A stretch of 64,000 nucleotides of DNA from a virus (taxonomy: Duplodnaviria > Caudoviricetes): positions 1 through 64,000 of IMG/VR virus record IMGVR_UViG_3300021255_002723. One strand, written 5' to 3'. Positions 10,559 through 21,425 of the stretch are shown piece by piece; positions within the stretch are counted from its first letter, which is position 1, and every line of letters starts with the position of its first letter. The position numbers and the translations under genes were made by a program. Under the pieces are notes generated by a model that had not been told where the DNA came from, did not search any database, and saw only the letters and a program-made list of their open reading frames with translations.

Positions 10559-10957
10559 ATGGGTAAACTTAAAATAGAACTTAATGACACCCAAAACATA
10601 AGAGACCTTTTACAAGAAGCCTACAGATTGGCCGATGAACAGATTATACAAGCTCAGAACGAGATTAACAAGCTTTCTGTGGCCACCGAACTACAGAATG
10701 AGCCAATGGAGGCTAGAAGTAAATATGCAAAGGCTATAAACGATTATTTGGGTATGAAAGATAAGGCAATATCAAAGAAAATAGATATTGCGAAAATACT
10801 AACGGACATATATCACCATAACGGTGATGTTAAGGAAGCATTTGAACATGGAAGTTCAATGAAGGACATGTCATTCAATTTCGATGACATAAGGAAGATT
10901 GTAGATGATTCTTTACAAGAAAAAGAGCAAACTAAGAAAATAGAACTTAATAAGTAA
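10559..10957 (+). CDS. hypothetical protein (helical)
   Basis: 132-aa ORF preceded by the ATATTTAT motif. Confidence 0.7.
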   Translation: MGKLKIELNDTQNIRDLLQEAYRLADEQIIQAQNEINKLSVATELQNEPMEARSKYAKAINDYLGMKDKAISKKIDIAKILTDIYHHNGDVKEAFEHGSSMKDMSFNFDDIRKIVDDSLQEKEQTKKIELNK

Positions 10958-13128
10958 TGGCAAGCATAAAATCAATGCAAGAGGAAGCAATGGCTTCCAT
11001 TGATACCGCGAAAGCGTTGATTGACAAAGTAATAACCATAATGGGCATTATGGAGTCTTCACCGTCTTTGTCTTTCAGTTTTGCAACAAATCCTATTGGT
11101 TTTCTATTACAGTTACTTAAACAACTTGGAATAGGATATGAAGACATACGCCTTTGGTTGGTAAAGTTTTTAATATATGTTGTTCCAGTATTGGAAATAT
11201 CTGTAAAAGCTATTTTGTTAACCAATCTGAAAAAAATGGTGTCATGCTCTGTTGACCCTAGAATTCCCGATAAATTTAGAAAAAGGCATAAAAACCCAAA
11301 TGATACAAATACTCCAAATGAATACGGAATAGACATCAGTATTGAATCTATTGACCTTTTAGACAAACTATCTGTCAATCCCCTCAGTGATGCTGGCAGT
11401 GAAATGTATTTTGGGTTAGAAGGTATCGAAGACGTATATAAATTTGTTAGAGCAGACGATTTTGATGCATTTTTATGGTTTGTAATTCATAAGGGTAAAT
11501 TTCCTACATCTTCCAAAATGGGTAGTGTAGATGAATTTAAAACATCTTTCTCTGCTGATACGGTTACAAAATCAAATAGTACGGAAGAAGCAAAAACATT
11601 TTTAGCTCCAATTGATTTGAATTTTAACCCGCAAACAAAAGGTTCATCTTCTATATTTTTAGGTAACACATTTGCGCATGATGCAAATAAATGGCCAATT
11701 TCAATGTGTATTGACGCTAAATACGATGAAAACAACCAAATCATAAAAAACACAATTGTTCCAGTGTCAGATGACTGGACTAGTGTAAATTGGTATGCTA
11801 GACAAGCTAGCCAATTTGGTAAAAACCTAGGATTTGGATGGAGTGTTAATTGGAAAGATAAAACTGCCACAACAAGATTTAGACAAGGCAAAAAAGGAAG
11901 AAACTATAGTAAAGAAAAAGCATTATGCAATTTACAGTATATAGACCAATCTTCAACAGACGGCCCTTTAACAGGACTTGTTAACAACAAGTTAAGGTTC
12001 ACCATTCTGCCAAAACCATTGGTTCATACGCCAGACATAGCTGGAGGAGAGCCACCTTGGAGATTCAAAAGACTTTTGTTTGATTGCGATGGAAACTATG
12101 ATGGAAATGGCAAATACACAGTAGCAGAAGAAACTGGTATTGAAATAGACAAAAAGAGTGGAAAAGTAATATATCAAAACAATGAGACATTTAAGGCTAA
12201 ACTATTTGAAACATATAAAGGCTTAACTGTTTACGAATTCAATTATGACTTTGTGATGAGTATTAAGCTTTTTGATGCTAAAGTATTGGCAACTAGCCTT
12301 TTGGATTCATTGATAGATATGAGAGTTGGTATAAATCTTGGGTTGGGAGAAAAACACCAAGCCGAAACCGAAATACTCAAAGAAATCATTAAAAACATAA
12401 TCAATACTGATGATTCTGCTATAAGTGACTGTTTCTATAGTTTTGACAATAGTAAGTATGACGAGTTGCTTAGAAAGGCTGAACAAAAAAGAGCTAAAAA
12501 AGAGAGCTTTGGAAATAATTCGCATAGTATAGGTGATTTTAGTGACGTTAAAGAAATATTGAAAGAATATGACGCTAACGGAAAATTACACGAACAAATT
12601 GATATATTAGGAAGAGTAATTACACAAGCTTCTGTCAACATTACAGAGGGATTACCTGAAAAGGATAAATTCGCAGTAGAATACAATTTTGTATTTGACT
12701 TGATTGAGAATTTGGTAATGGCACTAATGAAAGCCGTATTAAGCCCTAAAGTTCTTTTACTTTTAGAAGTAAACCAAAAACTAATGGGTGGAACTTGGGA
12801 AAAGTTCACATTGGAAGACTTAATAAGAGCCATGTCATCCATGATAAAAAGTATTGTAAAAGAAATTAGAGACCTAGTAATTCAAGAACTGCTTAAACTG
12901 TTGTTAAGTCAATTACAGCCAATAATAGCAATGCTTTCTAGTATTCTTCTTAGAGAACAGCTTGAGAACTATGCAGAAGCAATTACAGAAATCATTCGTA
13001 ATTGTCAATTCATATGGTTTAAATTTGGCAATAGAGACCAAGAAACTAAATTGGATACTGTTGATTATGCTGACATAGATGTTAGCAAAATAAAAGAAGG
13101 TGAAAAACCTGAATTGAATAACTGTTAA
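10957..13128 (+). CDS. putative virion (baseplate-region) protein
   Basis: 723-aa ORF in an operon ending with the spike gene; function inferred from context only. Confidence 0.5.
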   Translation: MASIKSMQEEAMASIDTAKALIDKVITIMGIMESSPSLSFSFATNPIGFLLQLLKQLGIGYEDIRLWLVKFLIYVVPVLEISVKAILLTNLKKMVSCSVDPRIPDKFRKRHKNPNDTNTPNEYGIDISIESIDLLDKLSVNPLSDAGSEMYFGLEGIEDVYKFVRADDFDAFLWFVIHKGKFPTSSKMGSVDEFKTSFSADTVTKSNSTEEAKTFLAPIDLNFNPQTKGSSSIFLGNTFAHDANKWPISMCIDAKYDENNQIIKNTIVPVSDDWTSVNWYARQASQFGKNLGFGWSVNWKDKTATTRFRQGKKGRNYSKEKALCNLQYIDQSSTDGPLTGLVNNKLRFTILPKPLVHTPDIAGGEPPWRFKRLLFDCDGNYDGNGKYTVAEETGIEIDKKSGKVIYQNNETFKAKLFETYKGLTVYEFNYDFVMSIKLFDAKVLATSLLDSLIDMRVGINLGLGEKHQAETEILKEIIKNIINTDDSAISDCFYSFDNSKYDELLRKAEQKRAKKESFGNNSHSIGDFSDVKEILKEYDANGKLHEQIDILGRVITQASVNITEGLPEKDKFAVEYNFVFDLIENLVMALMKAVLSPKVLLLLEVNQKLMGGTWEKFTLEDLIRAMSSMIKSIVKEIRDLVIQELLKLLLSQLQPIIAMLSSILLREQLENYAEAITEIIRNCQFIWFKFGNRDQETKLDTVDYADIDVSKIKEGEKPELNNC

Positions 13129-13141
13129 AATATAATTTAAT

Positions 13142-13534
13142 ATGGGAATACAACAAATATGTCAAACAATTACAAACTTTTTTAGTAATGTAAGGCCACC
13201 TTTTCCACAGTTGTCTAGGTTATTATTGGTGTGCTCTATGATTCGTAGACCAGGTTTATCTGTAATACAATCAACTGCAAATATTGTTAAAGATTTAAAT
13301 AAACTAGGTATTCCAACTGGTCCAATGCCAGATGGAAGTGCTAATCTTACTGTTGGAGTTACATTTGCTAACACTAAAGAATATTATAGAGGCTTTAAAA
13401 AAGATGCTTCAATACAAATCGGATTCCAACCAGGTTCAATGATGGTAAGAGCATATGGCGGTGGTGCTGGAGGCCCAGTTGTTGTTAATGGAATGAACAT
13501 GTCCCCTGGACAAGGTTTTGGTGCTATTAATTAA
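13142..13534 (+). CDS. hypothetical protein, probable baseplate/spike-associated
   Basis: 130 aa with a Gly-rich C-terminus (GGGAGGPVVV), next to the spike gene. Confidence 0.5.
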   Translation: MGIQQICQTITNFFSNVRPPFPQLSRLLLVCSMIRRPGLSVIQSTANIVKDLNKLGIPTGPMPDGSANLTVGVTFANTKEYYRGFKKDASIQIGFQPGSMMVRAYGGGAGGPVVVNGMNMSPGQGFGAIN

Positions 13535-13541
13535 ATATGAT

Positions 13542-13730
13542 ATGGAAAAAGTAGATTTTACAAAACTTAGTAATTCAGAGATTAACATTAAGTTAATGGG
13601 TTACGAAAATGAATATGAAATTAAAAAAAGTAAAATAATAGAATTGGTTCATGATTTGGAAGATTTAGATAAATTATATATCAGTGCCAAAAATGAACTT
13701 AAAAAAAGAGGAGTTTTAAACGATGCCTAA
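13542..13730 (+). CDS. small coiled-coil hypothetical protein
   Basis: Likely start MEKVDF at 13542. Confidence 0.6.
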   Translation: MEKVDFTKLSNSEINIKLMGYENEYEIKKSKIIELVHDLEDLDKLYISAKNELKKRGVLNDA

Positions 13731-14727
13731 ACAAATTGCTTTAAGAATAGGAACTGTTAGAGAAATTGAATCCGAATCATCTTATCATAGGGATTCTCGC
13801 ACAAACCAAGAAATTAGTGATAATTATGGCGGTTTGAGGATTAGAGTAGAGGTAGAAGGTGATTACGTTGGAGACAGTAAAACTGACCCTAACTATCCTG
13901 ATTATTCATTGCTTCCTTGGTGTTTTCCATTGTTACCGAAAACATTTCAAAGCATACCAAAATTAGGTGAAGCTGTAATTGTTTTTGTTGCGGATTTAGG
14001 AGCACCAACAGATAGCCAACGCTATTATATAGGTCCAGTTATATCACAACCACAATTTAATAACTATTGTTCTGGTCCACAATTTAACGCTTATCATTCA
14101 GGTGGTGATGCAACCTCATTACTTGATAAAGCTGATAAAAAACCTTTAGAAGCTGTTAATAAAGAGCCATATACTGTTGGTTCGTTTCCTAGACCTTCTG
14201 ATGTTGCCGTAATAGGAAGAGGTAAAGAAGACGTTATACTAAGGCATGGGATAGACGATAGTAGTGAAATTCAACTCAGAGCTGGTATTAGAGGAAAGCC
14301 AACAAATGACCCTAACCCAAATATGAAAGGTGATATTATCTTTAATGACGTTGACCCAGCATATATACAGTTGAAACATAAAAAGAACTTAACTGCTGGC
14401 GAAAGTTTAGAAGCTAATAGTGTTATTAACATTGTTGCTGATAGAATTAATATTATGAGTAATAAAGATAACAACATAGCAGATAATATTAAGAATAGGG
14501 ATTCTTTAGTTTCAGAGGGAAAACTTAACGACATAATGGTAAGTTTACAGCCAGTTCCTCTAGGACATAACTTATTTGATTTATTATCAATTATGAAGAT
14601 GTGCATATTACATCATGTTCATCCTTGGGCTGGAATGGAACAATGCGGTGACTGGGGAGGCTATATTAAAGAACTAGAGAAATTTGACCTAGAACGTATA
14701 TTATCTAAATATGTTAGAATATCATAA
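13723..14727 (+). CDS. baseplate hub/central spike protein (gp5/GpV OB-fold-like)
   Basis: RIRVEV...LPWCFPLLP...IPKLGEAVIVF...YYIGPV OB-fold signature and a C-terminal HHVHP metal-binding tip motif. Confidence 0.7.
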   Translation: MPKQIALRIGTVREIESESSYHRDSRTNQEISDNYGGLRIRVEVEGDYVGDSKTDPNYPDYSLLPWCFPLLPKTFQSIPKLGEAVIVFVADLGAPTDSQRYYIGPVISQPQFNNYCSGPQFNAYHSGGDATSLLDKADKKPLEAVNKEPYTVGSFPRPSDVAVIGRGKEDVILRHGIDDSSEIQLRAGIRGKPTNDPNPNMKGDIIFNDVDPAYIQLKHKKNLTAGESLEANSVINIVADRINIMSNKDNNIADNIKNRDSLVSEGKLNDIMVSLQPVPLGHNLFDLLSIMKMCILHHVHPWAGMEQCGDWGGYIKELEKFDLERILSKYVRIS

Positions 14728-14766
14728 AAAAATAAGCGAATCTAAAAAAGATTCGCTTATTTTTTG
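14727..14766. terminator. bidirectional terminator, GCGAATC/GATTCGC stem
   Basis: aaaaaataagcgaatc-taaaaaa-gattcgcttatttttt between convergent genes. Confidence 0.8.
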
Positions 14767-14820
14767 GAACGATAACTTGTTTGTAGTAGTTCCTTATTTT
14801 GAATAAATATACAATAATGG

Positions 14821-15201
14821 TTAAAAATCCAAGTCGTTTTCTATTCGTCTGAAATGTCCATATTCATCTTTAACGTATTCATTAAAATCTTGGTCTCTGT
14901 AAATAGGCTCATCATCTTCTCTATCTATTCTTTCCCATCCTTTTGGTAGACTTTCTCTTGTATGATGCTTATACACAGCATCTTCCCAAGGGTCAATACC
15001 TTCTCTTAATATTCTACTCACAGATTCTTTCACAATATTGTGGATATAGTTTTCCATATTAAGATTCTTCAATTCCTTGTTTTTTCTAACCTTATCTAAA
15101 GGACTTTTCCACTCTTCATCACCCTCTTTCAATATTCTGTTAACTGATTTTCTAACTATATTGTGAAGGTCTGATTCTGTTAATCTTATTAATTTTTTCA
15201 T
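14821..15201 (-). CDS. LTES-leader family protein (putative head-internal protein)
   Basis: Starts MKKLIRLTESDLHNIVRKSVNRILKE, with a second internal copy IHNIVKESVSRILRE. Confidence 0.75.
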   Translation of the reverse strand: MKKLIRLTESDLHNIVRKSVNRILKEGDEEWKSPLDKVRKNKELKNLNMENYIHNIVKESVSRILREGIDPWEDAVYKHHTRESLPKGWERIDREDDEPIYRDQDFNEYVKDEYGHFRRIENDLDF

Positions 15202-15316
15202 ATTATAATACGTATTAATTTGTTATTTTAATAATAAAAATTACATTGATTTTGTTTTTTTTTTTCTGAGGAATTAAAAATTGGGAATGATATACTTGTT
15301 GACATTAAATATTATA

Positions 15317-16207
15317 CTACCACTTTATAAGATTATTTGAAATCCAAGTAAATAGTTTTACACTATCAATATTTTTAGACTTATATATTAATTTATTGTT
15401 TTTGTTATATATTTCACCATATCCATGTGATAATTTAAATCTGCATATCATTTCCTTTACTGAATCTTTATCAAAGATGCATTCTAGCACAGGCATATTA
15501 TCATTAGTGTCACCATAATGGTTTACTTCTACACCGCTACCAATAAAAACAACCCCCTCTTTACCATAGTTAGACAGTCTATATTGAGTATCGTTAATAA
15601 TATCATTAAGCTTATAAGCAAAACCATAATTTCCTTTCTCATTCTTATAGCCAAATGTCCAACCAAGGTTTTTTAATTCTGCACCATATTTAAAACCGTT
15701 ATTAAAAATGCTTTCAGCATCACCATCTTCAAAACAATAATGAACAAGCGGTTTGTTTAAAAACGGCTTTTTATAACCTAAAGTAATTGCATCTGGGATT
15801 ACATTTAACTTATTAACCCATTTTGCTGTTTTTTGTGAATAATATTGAGGAAACTGCATTATTCTTTTTTTAACAAAAAAACCAAACCTTTCATCAATAG
15901 GAAGAGAGTTTTCTTTTATGAAATTAGACATAGTATATTGAGTTAAATTATCAACCACGTCACCCAAATCCCACTCATATTCGTCATAGAGTTCTCTATT
16001 AACAATCGCCAAATAGTCAGCATAAAATTCTGGATAAATGTCAGCTAGCCATAATAAGGTTTTTTCATCCATTTTATGAATATTTTTTAAATGATTTTTT
16101 AAGTCACCATTCAATTTAGTCCAAGATTCATATAAAGCATACTTAACCGATTCTTTCACAATTCTATGAAGGCCTGATTCTGTAAGTCTAATTATTTGTT
16201 TATCCAT
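15317..16207 (-). CDS. LTES-leader family protein, possible ART-like C-terminal domain
   Basis: Starts MDKQIIRLTESGLHRIVKESV; LVHY...AESIFNNGF weakly resembles ADP-ribosyltransferase strand 1 and helix. Confidence 0.65.
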   Translation of the reverse strand: MDKQIIRLTESGLHRIVKESVKYALYESWTKLNGDLKNHLKNIHKMDEKTLLWLADIYPEFYADYLAIVNRELYDEYEWDLGDVVDNLTQYTMSNFIKENSLPIDERFGFFVKKRIMQFPQYYSQKTAKWVNKLNVIPDAITLGYKKPFLNKPLVHYCFEDGDAESIFNNGFKYGAELKNLGWTFGYKNEKGNYGFAYKLNDIINDTQYRLSNYGKEGVVFIGSGVEVNHYGDTNDNMPVLECIFDKDSVKEMICRFKLSHGYGEIYNKNNKLIYKSKNIDSVKLFTWISNNLIKW

Positions 16208-16359
16208 TGTTTAGTAATATTATTTCGGTAATAATATAGAAGATGGCACAAAACTATACAATGCCATCAGCATAGTATTGTTGTTCCATTTTTGATACAT
16301 ATTCTAATCCTATATAGTTGCCATATTATTTCTTATAAATATCAGCCTAAGTAAAAAAC

Positions 16360-17166
16360 TTATTCCCAAACATCCAATATTTTCGTAATCAATGGGTTTC
16401 TAACAATGTCATCCCTTGTGAACTCTGTCACTCCGACCTCATCCAAGTCTTTCAGTTGGTTTGCGGCATATGCCAATCCACATTCTGATTTTTTGTTTAC
16501 AATGTCTCGTCTGTTAACTTGTCCGCAGTCACCAGTTATTATGACTTTGCTATGCTCTCCAATTCTTGTAAGCAATAGTTTCATGTTGTCTTTTGTATAT
16601 TGTTCCGCTTCATTCACCAAAATTATTGAATCGTCAAATGTTTTTCCCAATGCATAGTTTATAAATTCATATCTTACATACCCACTGTTAATCAAGTTTT
16701 GTGCCATTATCGTTGGGTCTCCGTTGCCACTGTTTTTAAGGATTTTTGTAATCGTTTCCTCGTCACATTCCTTGAACGGTCTAGTTTTGTCTTCAAAGTC
16801 ACCCTTTAGGTAGCCAAGGTTTAAGTCCAAACCTCCTGCTGGTGCTGTAGGAACAATCATTATGATGTTGTTATACCTACCTTCTTTAAGCTCCCTTAAG
16901 GCAAATGAAAGTGAAATGTAGGATTTGCCAGTACCTGGAGCACCAATACCAAAACATATTTGGTAATTTTTATTTTTCAAAACATTAAGGAAATCTTTTT
17001 GCTTTTCGTTTTTGCACTTAATATCCAATTTAAAACTCAAAGCTTTAAGTTGTGTAACCATTCCGCAAGACGTTAGATAATTGAGAGCACTGTCTCCTTT
17101 CATCTTGTCTTCGATGAATTCAATTTCAATTTCACTTAAATTTTGTAAATGTTTTTTTCTCCCCAT
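16360..17166 (-). CDS. phoH: PhoH-like ATPase
   Basis: GAPGTGKS Walker A, LGYLKG, GKTFDDSIILVNEAE, LLTRIG, ITGDCGQ, DIVRNPL. Confidence 0.92.
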   Translation of the reverse strand: MGRKKHLQNLSEIEIEFIEDKMKGDSALNYLTSCGMVTQLKALSFKLDIKCKNEKQKDFLNVLKNKNYQICFGIGAPGTGKSYISLSFALRELKEGRYNNIIMIVPTAPAGGLDLNLGYLKGDFEDKTRPFKECDEETITKILKNSGNGDPTIMAQNLINSGYVRYEFINYALGKTFDDSIILVNEAEQYTKDNMKLLLTRIGEHSKVIITGDCGQVNRRDIVNKKSECGLAYAANQLKDLDEVGVTEFTRDDIVRNPLITKILDVWE

Positions 17167-17375
17167 AATTTTTTTAATTAAGAAAAAAGCGCACTAGTCC
17201 ATTAAAGAACCAGTGCACTTTTGATTATGTAGTATTTAATGTTTTATCCATTAGCATTACATTTATATCTATAAATATATAAAAAGTCATTATAATTTAG
17301 CCTTCTTAATAAAATTTTTAAATTTTTTGAACGAAGTGTCAATAAAGTATTTTTAACAGCGTCTTTATATTCATT

Positions 17376-18869
17376 TTAAGCGTATTTGTTGTTTAAATCA
17401 TCTACAATATCGAATGATAAAACGTCATGGTGTATAATGCTATTCATGCCGTATTTTATTCTTATATCAACGTAATATCTCTGAGGTATTAGGATGTTCG
17501 TGTCAATCACATAGAAGTTGTTTGAGAACGACTTATTGACCCTATCCCATTCGATTACGTCAATTTCCCTAGTTCCGTCCTTAATGTATAACCTCAAGTC
17601 CATACTATCCAACAATTCGTATGTATTGTGTGTGTAAGACGGTTTTCCGTTTATAACTAATTTCCTTATGTCACCCCTCTTAATCTGTTCCTTCTCCTTT
17701 ATTCCGTTAATGGCTGGATTATAGGTTATGCTCTCAGGCTCAAGTGAATTTCCTATGTTGAAGAAATTAGCAGTCTTTTTAAGCGTAAAATCAAGCTCTA
17801 CAGCCTCTAATTCTGTTCCTTGGTATACTAACCCATCCCACGTGTCATAAAGCATCCTATCGGCCTCAAAATCGCTCGTAGAGAGTTTTAAATCTATGTA
17901 GTAAATTCCTTTTGATTGCTTCTTTGCCTCAACCTCCAATATTTCGTTTCCATCAGAGTCTTTTATGACCTCATCATCGTCATTCCTAATGGTTACTTTT
18001 GGATTTGAATCCAAATTCTCAAGGTGCTCTCCAATTGTACAGTACAAGTACAACTTGTTGTTTTTGTTCAGCACAAAATTGGAACGGTCATCTGAAACAA
18101 CATCATCATATCTAGTTTCAACAAATGGTTCAAAAAATGTGTTCGTCTTGTCTGTAAGCCAACCCACATAGTTCTCCCATTGACTGTCCATCACCTCTAG
18201 CATTGGAGAATAAGCCATACCTATTCCAAAGTTCTCAAGTTCTCCGCTCAAGAACTTGTTAAACGTATCTGTAATGTCCAAGTTGATGCATTCGTTTCCG
18301 TAATCGAAATGTTGTCTTCCGATGATGATGGAATCTTCACCAGCAGCCCATTTATCATATTCTTTTGATAGGGTTTCGTTGTCGTAAATTCCAGCTTCAT
18401 CCCACTTCAATCCATTTTGTCTTTGAAACCAGTTGCATCCTTCTTCAGAAATTAACCTTTGTGGGTCAATAGGAGCTGGAGAATAATACCCAGTATTGAA
18501 ATAAGTTTTTACATAGTTAAATCCTTTACCCCTATCCCAAGGCTTTGGAATAAGGAAGAATATGATGTCAAATGACGCAGCTCTGATTTTTTTATTGTCA
18601 TTGATTGAACTAGTCTCGCACATGTGCAACTGTGTGAAATCAGTAGAACCTGCGTTGGTGATATGAAGAGTGTGCTTCATCTTATTTATGTCAATCATAA
18701 TACCATCATCAATAAGTTTCTTAACCTTACTGTGGTCGAAATAGAACAATGCCCTAGACACTATCGTATCGCGTCCATAAACAAGCTCAGACACAGGATT
18801 CAATCCAGTGTTGATTTTACTGTTGCTTACAATAGTGTTGAATTTAGATATGTATGTCTTATAAACCAT
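17376..18869 (-). CDS. putative structural protein
   Basis: 497-aa beta-rich ORF with an upstream late motif. Confidence 0.55.
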   Translation of the reverse strand: MVYKTYISKFNTIVSNSKINTGLNPVSELVYGRDTIVSRALFYFDHSKVKKLIDDGIMIDINKMKHTLHITNAGSTDFTQLHMCETSSINDNKKIRAASFDIIFFLIPKPWDRGKGFNYVKTYFNTGYYSPAPIDPQRLISEEGCNWFQRQNGLKWDEAGIYDNETLSKEYDKWAAGEDSIIIGRQHFDYGNECINLDITDTFNKFLSGELENFGIGMAYSPMLEVMDSQWENYVGWLTDKTNTFFEPFVETRYDDVVSDDRSNFVLNKNNKLYLYCTIGEHLENLDSNPKVTIRNDDDEVIKDSDGNEILEVEAKKQSKGIYYIDLKLSTSDFEADRMLYDTWDGLVYQGTELEAVELDFTLKKTANFFNIGNSLEPESITYNPAINGIKEKEQIKRGDIRKLVINGKPSYTHNTYELLDSMDLRLYIKDGTREIDVIEWDRVNKSFSNNFYVIDTNILIPQRYYVDIRIKYGMNSIIHHDVLSFDIVDDLNNKYA

Positions 18870-18910
18870 TTTACTTTATTTTTTTATATAACAATAAATA
18901 TCCAATAGCA

Positions 18911-18944
18911 AAAAAAATCGGAGTCTTTATAACTCCGATTTTTA
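18911..18944 (-). terminator. intrinsic terminator
   Basis: aaaaaaatcggagt-ctttata-actccgatttt. Confidence 0.7.
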
Positions 18945-18948
18945 ACCT

Positions 18949-20787
18949 TTAACCTTGGTTTCTTTCTTCCAATGCAGTAACTCTATTTTCCAAATCAGAA
19001 ATTTTAGAGATTAATTCAGCTATTACTATATTTTTATCATGAAGCTCTCTGTGCATCACATCAATGATTCCATTACCCTCATCTGTGTAGTCTATGCGGT
19101 CATCGCCATCCCAATCGGTCAATGCTGCAACGATGTTTCCGATGTGTGTTGTTGCGCTAATCAAACTTGTCTCTTGTTCTAGCGCACGAGAACGTTCACT
19201 TGCTATGCTTGCTGCCAATGAAACCTCTTCACCTTTAGCGCGTTGTCTCTCAGCCTCTACCTTGCTGTCGATTTCGTTTAGAACGTCATTTTTAACAGCG
19301 TTTACATATGTCTTGTCAGCCTTTCCGCTTATTTCTCTCTCAAGAGGTTCTACAATCTCATCTTGGATGAATATTCTAAGCTGGCTATCCTTGTTGTCAG
19401 TATAAATGTTAGCCTCATCAACAGCGTTTGCAGCAACCTTATCAGCGTATTTCCTAGTTCCGTAAATGGTCAATGCAATATCCTTATCAGTCGGTTGTCC
19501 AACGATGGCAGCATCACTTGCAATGCGGTCAGCAATCTCTTGTTCCAAACCACTCTCAAGGTTTGCAATCTTATTGTCTCTTCCAACATTATCCTCTTCG
19601 ATGTCATCAATCAAATCATCAACCCCATCTATTCTGTTACCCAATGCAGCATCACCAGCAATACGGTCAGCAATTTCTTGGTCGATTTTCCCATTCAAGC
19701 CATCAACTGCGGCACTCACTTCATTTAATGCAGTCTTGTCAGCTTTTTTATCATCCAAGTTATTGATTGCGTTTGTGATGTTTGTCTTGTCAACGTTATA
19801 GTCAATCTTGTCAACCTTATTGTTCAAGTTAGACTTAACAACATCTACTTCAGCTTTTAAATCGTTGAAATCACTCTTATTTACCTTGTTTGGTAACGCA
19901 ACCTCATTGATTTGCCTAATTTCTTCCTTATTTGCATTGATTTGGTTCTGCAAGTCATCAACTCTTCCGTTTAGACCTTCAATTTCCCTGTCATGCTTAG
20001 TCTCCAAAGTCGTGAGTCTTCCATTAAGGGTATCTAATCTAGCGTTGGTGTTGTTCTTGAACGTTGTGTAATCGTTGTTTAAGGAATTGTACTGGTTGTA
20101 CAAATTCGTCTGAACATCGTTAACTCTATCCTCAAGGGCTGTAAGCCTTGCCTTTGTAGCGTATTTTGAATCAGCATCAGTTTCACTAATATAACCACGA
20201 CTTAAAACCCAATCTTTACTTGCTGCGCTATCTCCAGCTTCTTCGATTAAATTATCAACTTCTCTTTTAGTATATACATCAGACTTTTTGGTATAAATTT
20301 CTTCTGCTTCACTCTTACTAAGTGTTTCTTCAAACTTGTTATCTATCTCATCAAATTTATCCCTTGCCTCTTCTTCAAAATCGGAATATTCATCAACTTT
20401 ATCATTAAGGTCATCAATCTTGTTCGTAACATCTTCAAGTTCTTCTTGAATTGGATTTAAATCATCAACAAGCTCATTTAACTTATCAGTAATCTCAGTA
20501 TCCCTTTGCTGTAATTCGGCAATTTTATCAGAATTTGATGCTATTCCATCAGAGAGAGTCTCATTTATTAAAGCTTGCGTTTCAATAAAATTATCAACCT
20601 TTCCGCTAAGTTCTTTAACTAACTCAAGGTCAGCCTTTTCTTTGGTTGCGCCAGAAATTTCGATAATCTCCTTGTCTTGCTCTTTGTTTGTTTCACGGAT
20701 GTCACTCAAGTCTGCATTAGGTAGACCGATATATACGTTCTGGTCAGCATAACCATAGTATTCTAGGTGTCTTATTCTTTTTCCCAT
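18949..20787 (-). CDS. long coiled-coil fibre-like virion protein
   Basis: Heptad-rich, with repeated EIADRIA.DAA and KADK/KVDK motifs typical of fibre stalks. Confidence 0.65.
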   Translation of the reverse strand: MGKRIRHLEYYGYADQNVYIGLPNADLSDIRETNKEQDKEIIEISGATKEKADLELVKELSGKVDNFIETQALINETLSDGIASNSDKIAELQQRDTEITDKLNELVDDLNPIQEELEDVTNKIDDLNDKVDEYSDFEEEARDKFDEIDNKFEETLSKSEAEEIYTKKSDVYTKREVDNLIEEAGDSAASKDWVLSRGYISETDADSKYATKARLTALEDRVNDVQTNLYNQYNSLNNDYTTFKNNTNARLDTLNGRLTTLETKHDREIEGLNGRVDDLQNQINANKEEIRQINEVALPNKVNKSDFNDLKAEVDVVKSNLNNKVDKIDYNVDKTNITNAINNLDDKKADKTALNEVSAAVDGLNGKIDQEIADRIAGDAALGNRIDGVDDLIDDIEEDNVGRDNKIANLESGLEQEIADRIASDAAIVGQPTDKDIALTIYGTRKYADKVAANAVDEANIYTDNKDSQLRIFIQDEIVEPLEREISGKADKTYVNAVKNDVLNEIDSKVEAERQRAKGEEVSLAASIASERSRALEQETSLISATTHIGNIVAALTDWDGDDRIDYTDEGNGIIDVMHRELHDKNIVIAELISKISDLENRVTALEERNQG

Positions 20788-20881
20788 ATTATTTAATATA
20801 TTTAACTAGTTAATTTACTATAAATATCTTTTGTCATTTAAAAAAAACAAATGCAATAGAGATTTTCTATTGCATTTATCT

Positions 20882-21424
20882 TTATGCTGTAAATTCAGAA
20901 GAATCAACAGGACTACATTGTACTGTTCTATACAATGGAACTGTGCCCCAAAGTGTATGACTGTTGTCATAATTGTTCCTACCGTCATTGTTAACAACGA
21001 AAAACTCCATATGCTCTGGAGAAATCTGTATTCCAATGTAATCACCCTTCTTGATGTCAACGTTCAGTTCATCCAATGTCTCTTGGTAGACGCCAACGGT
21101 AAGCTTGCCTGTTTTCATGTAAGTTCCCAATTGTTTTTCCTTGTCATATGATTTCAATTCAGGTTCTTCAATCTTATAGACACAAGGTATTTCAACTGGT
21201 GTCTTGTACATCACATCATTGGGGTCTGTTTCGCCATACACGGCATCAACTTGAGTCTGTGACGCATCCACTTGGTACAGCACCACAGTTTGACCCATAT
21301 CTTGCTCGATATAGTTTTTACCAACTGTTCTTTCAAATTCAAATGATTCAGCATCATAGAATAGACTATTCCTATTAATTGGAACACGTCTAATGCTTTT
21401 TGTATTAAATTGTAATTTTGCCAT
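20882..21424 (-). CDS. putative head-closure/neck protein
   Basis: VVLYQVD...DAVYGE...PVEIPC...DIKKGDYI, similar to head-tail connector proteins (inference). Confidence 0.5.
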   Translation of the reverse strand: MAKLQFNTKSIRRVPINRNSLFYDAESFEFERTVGKNYIEQDMGQTVVLYQVDASQTQVDAVYGETDPNDVMYKTPVEIPCVYKIEEPELKSYDKEKQLGTYMKTGKLTVGVYQETLDELNVDIKKGDYIGIQISPEHMEFFVVNNDGRNNYDNSHTLWGTVPLYRTVQCSPVDSSEFTA

Positions 21425-21425
21425 T

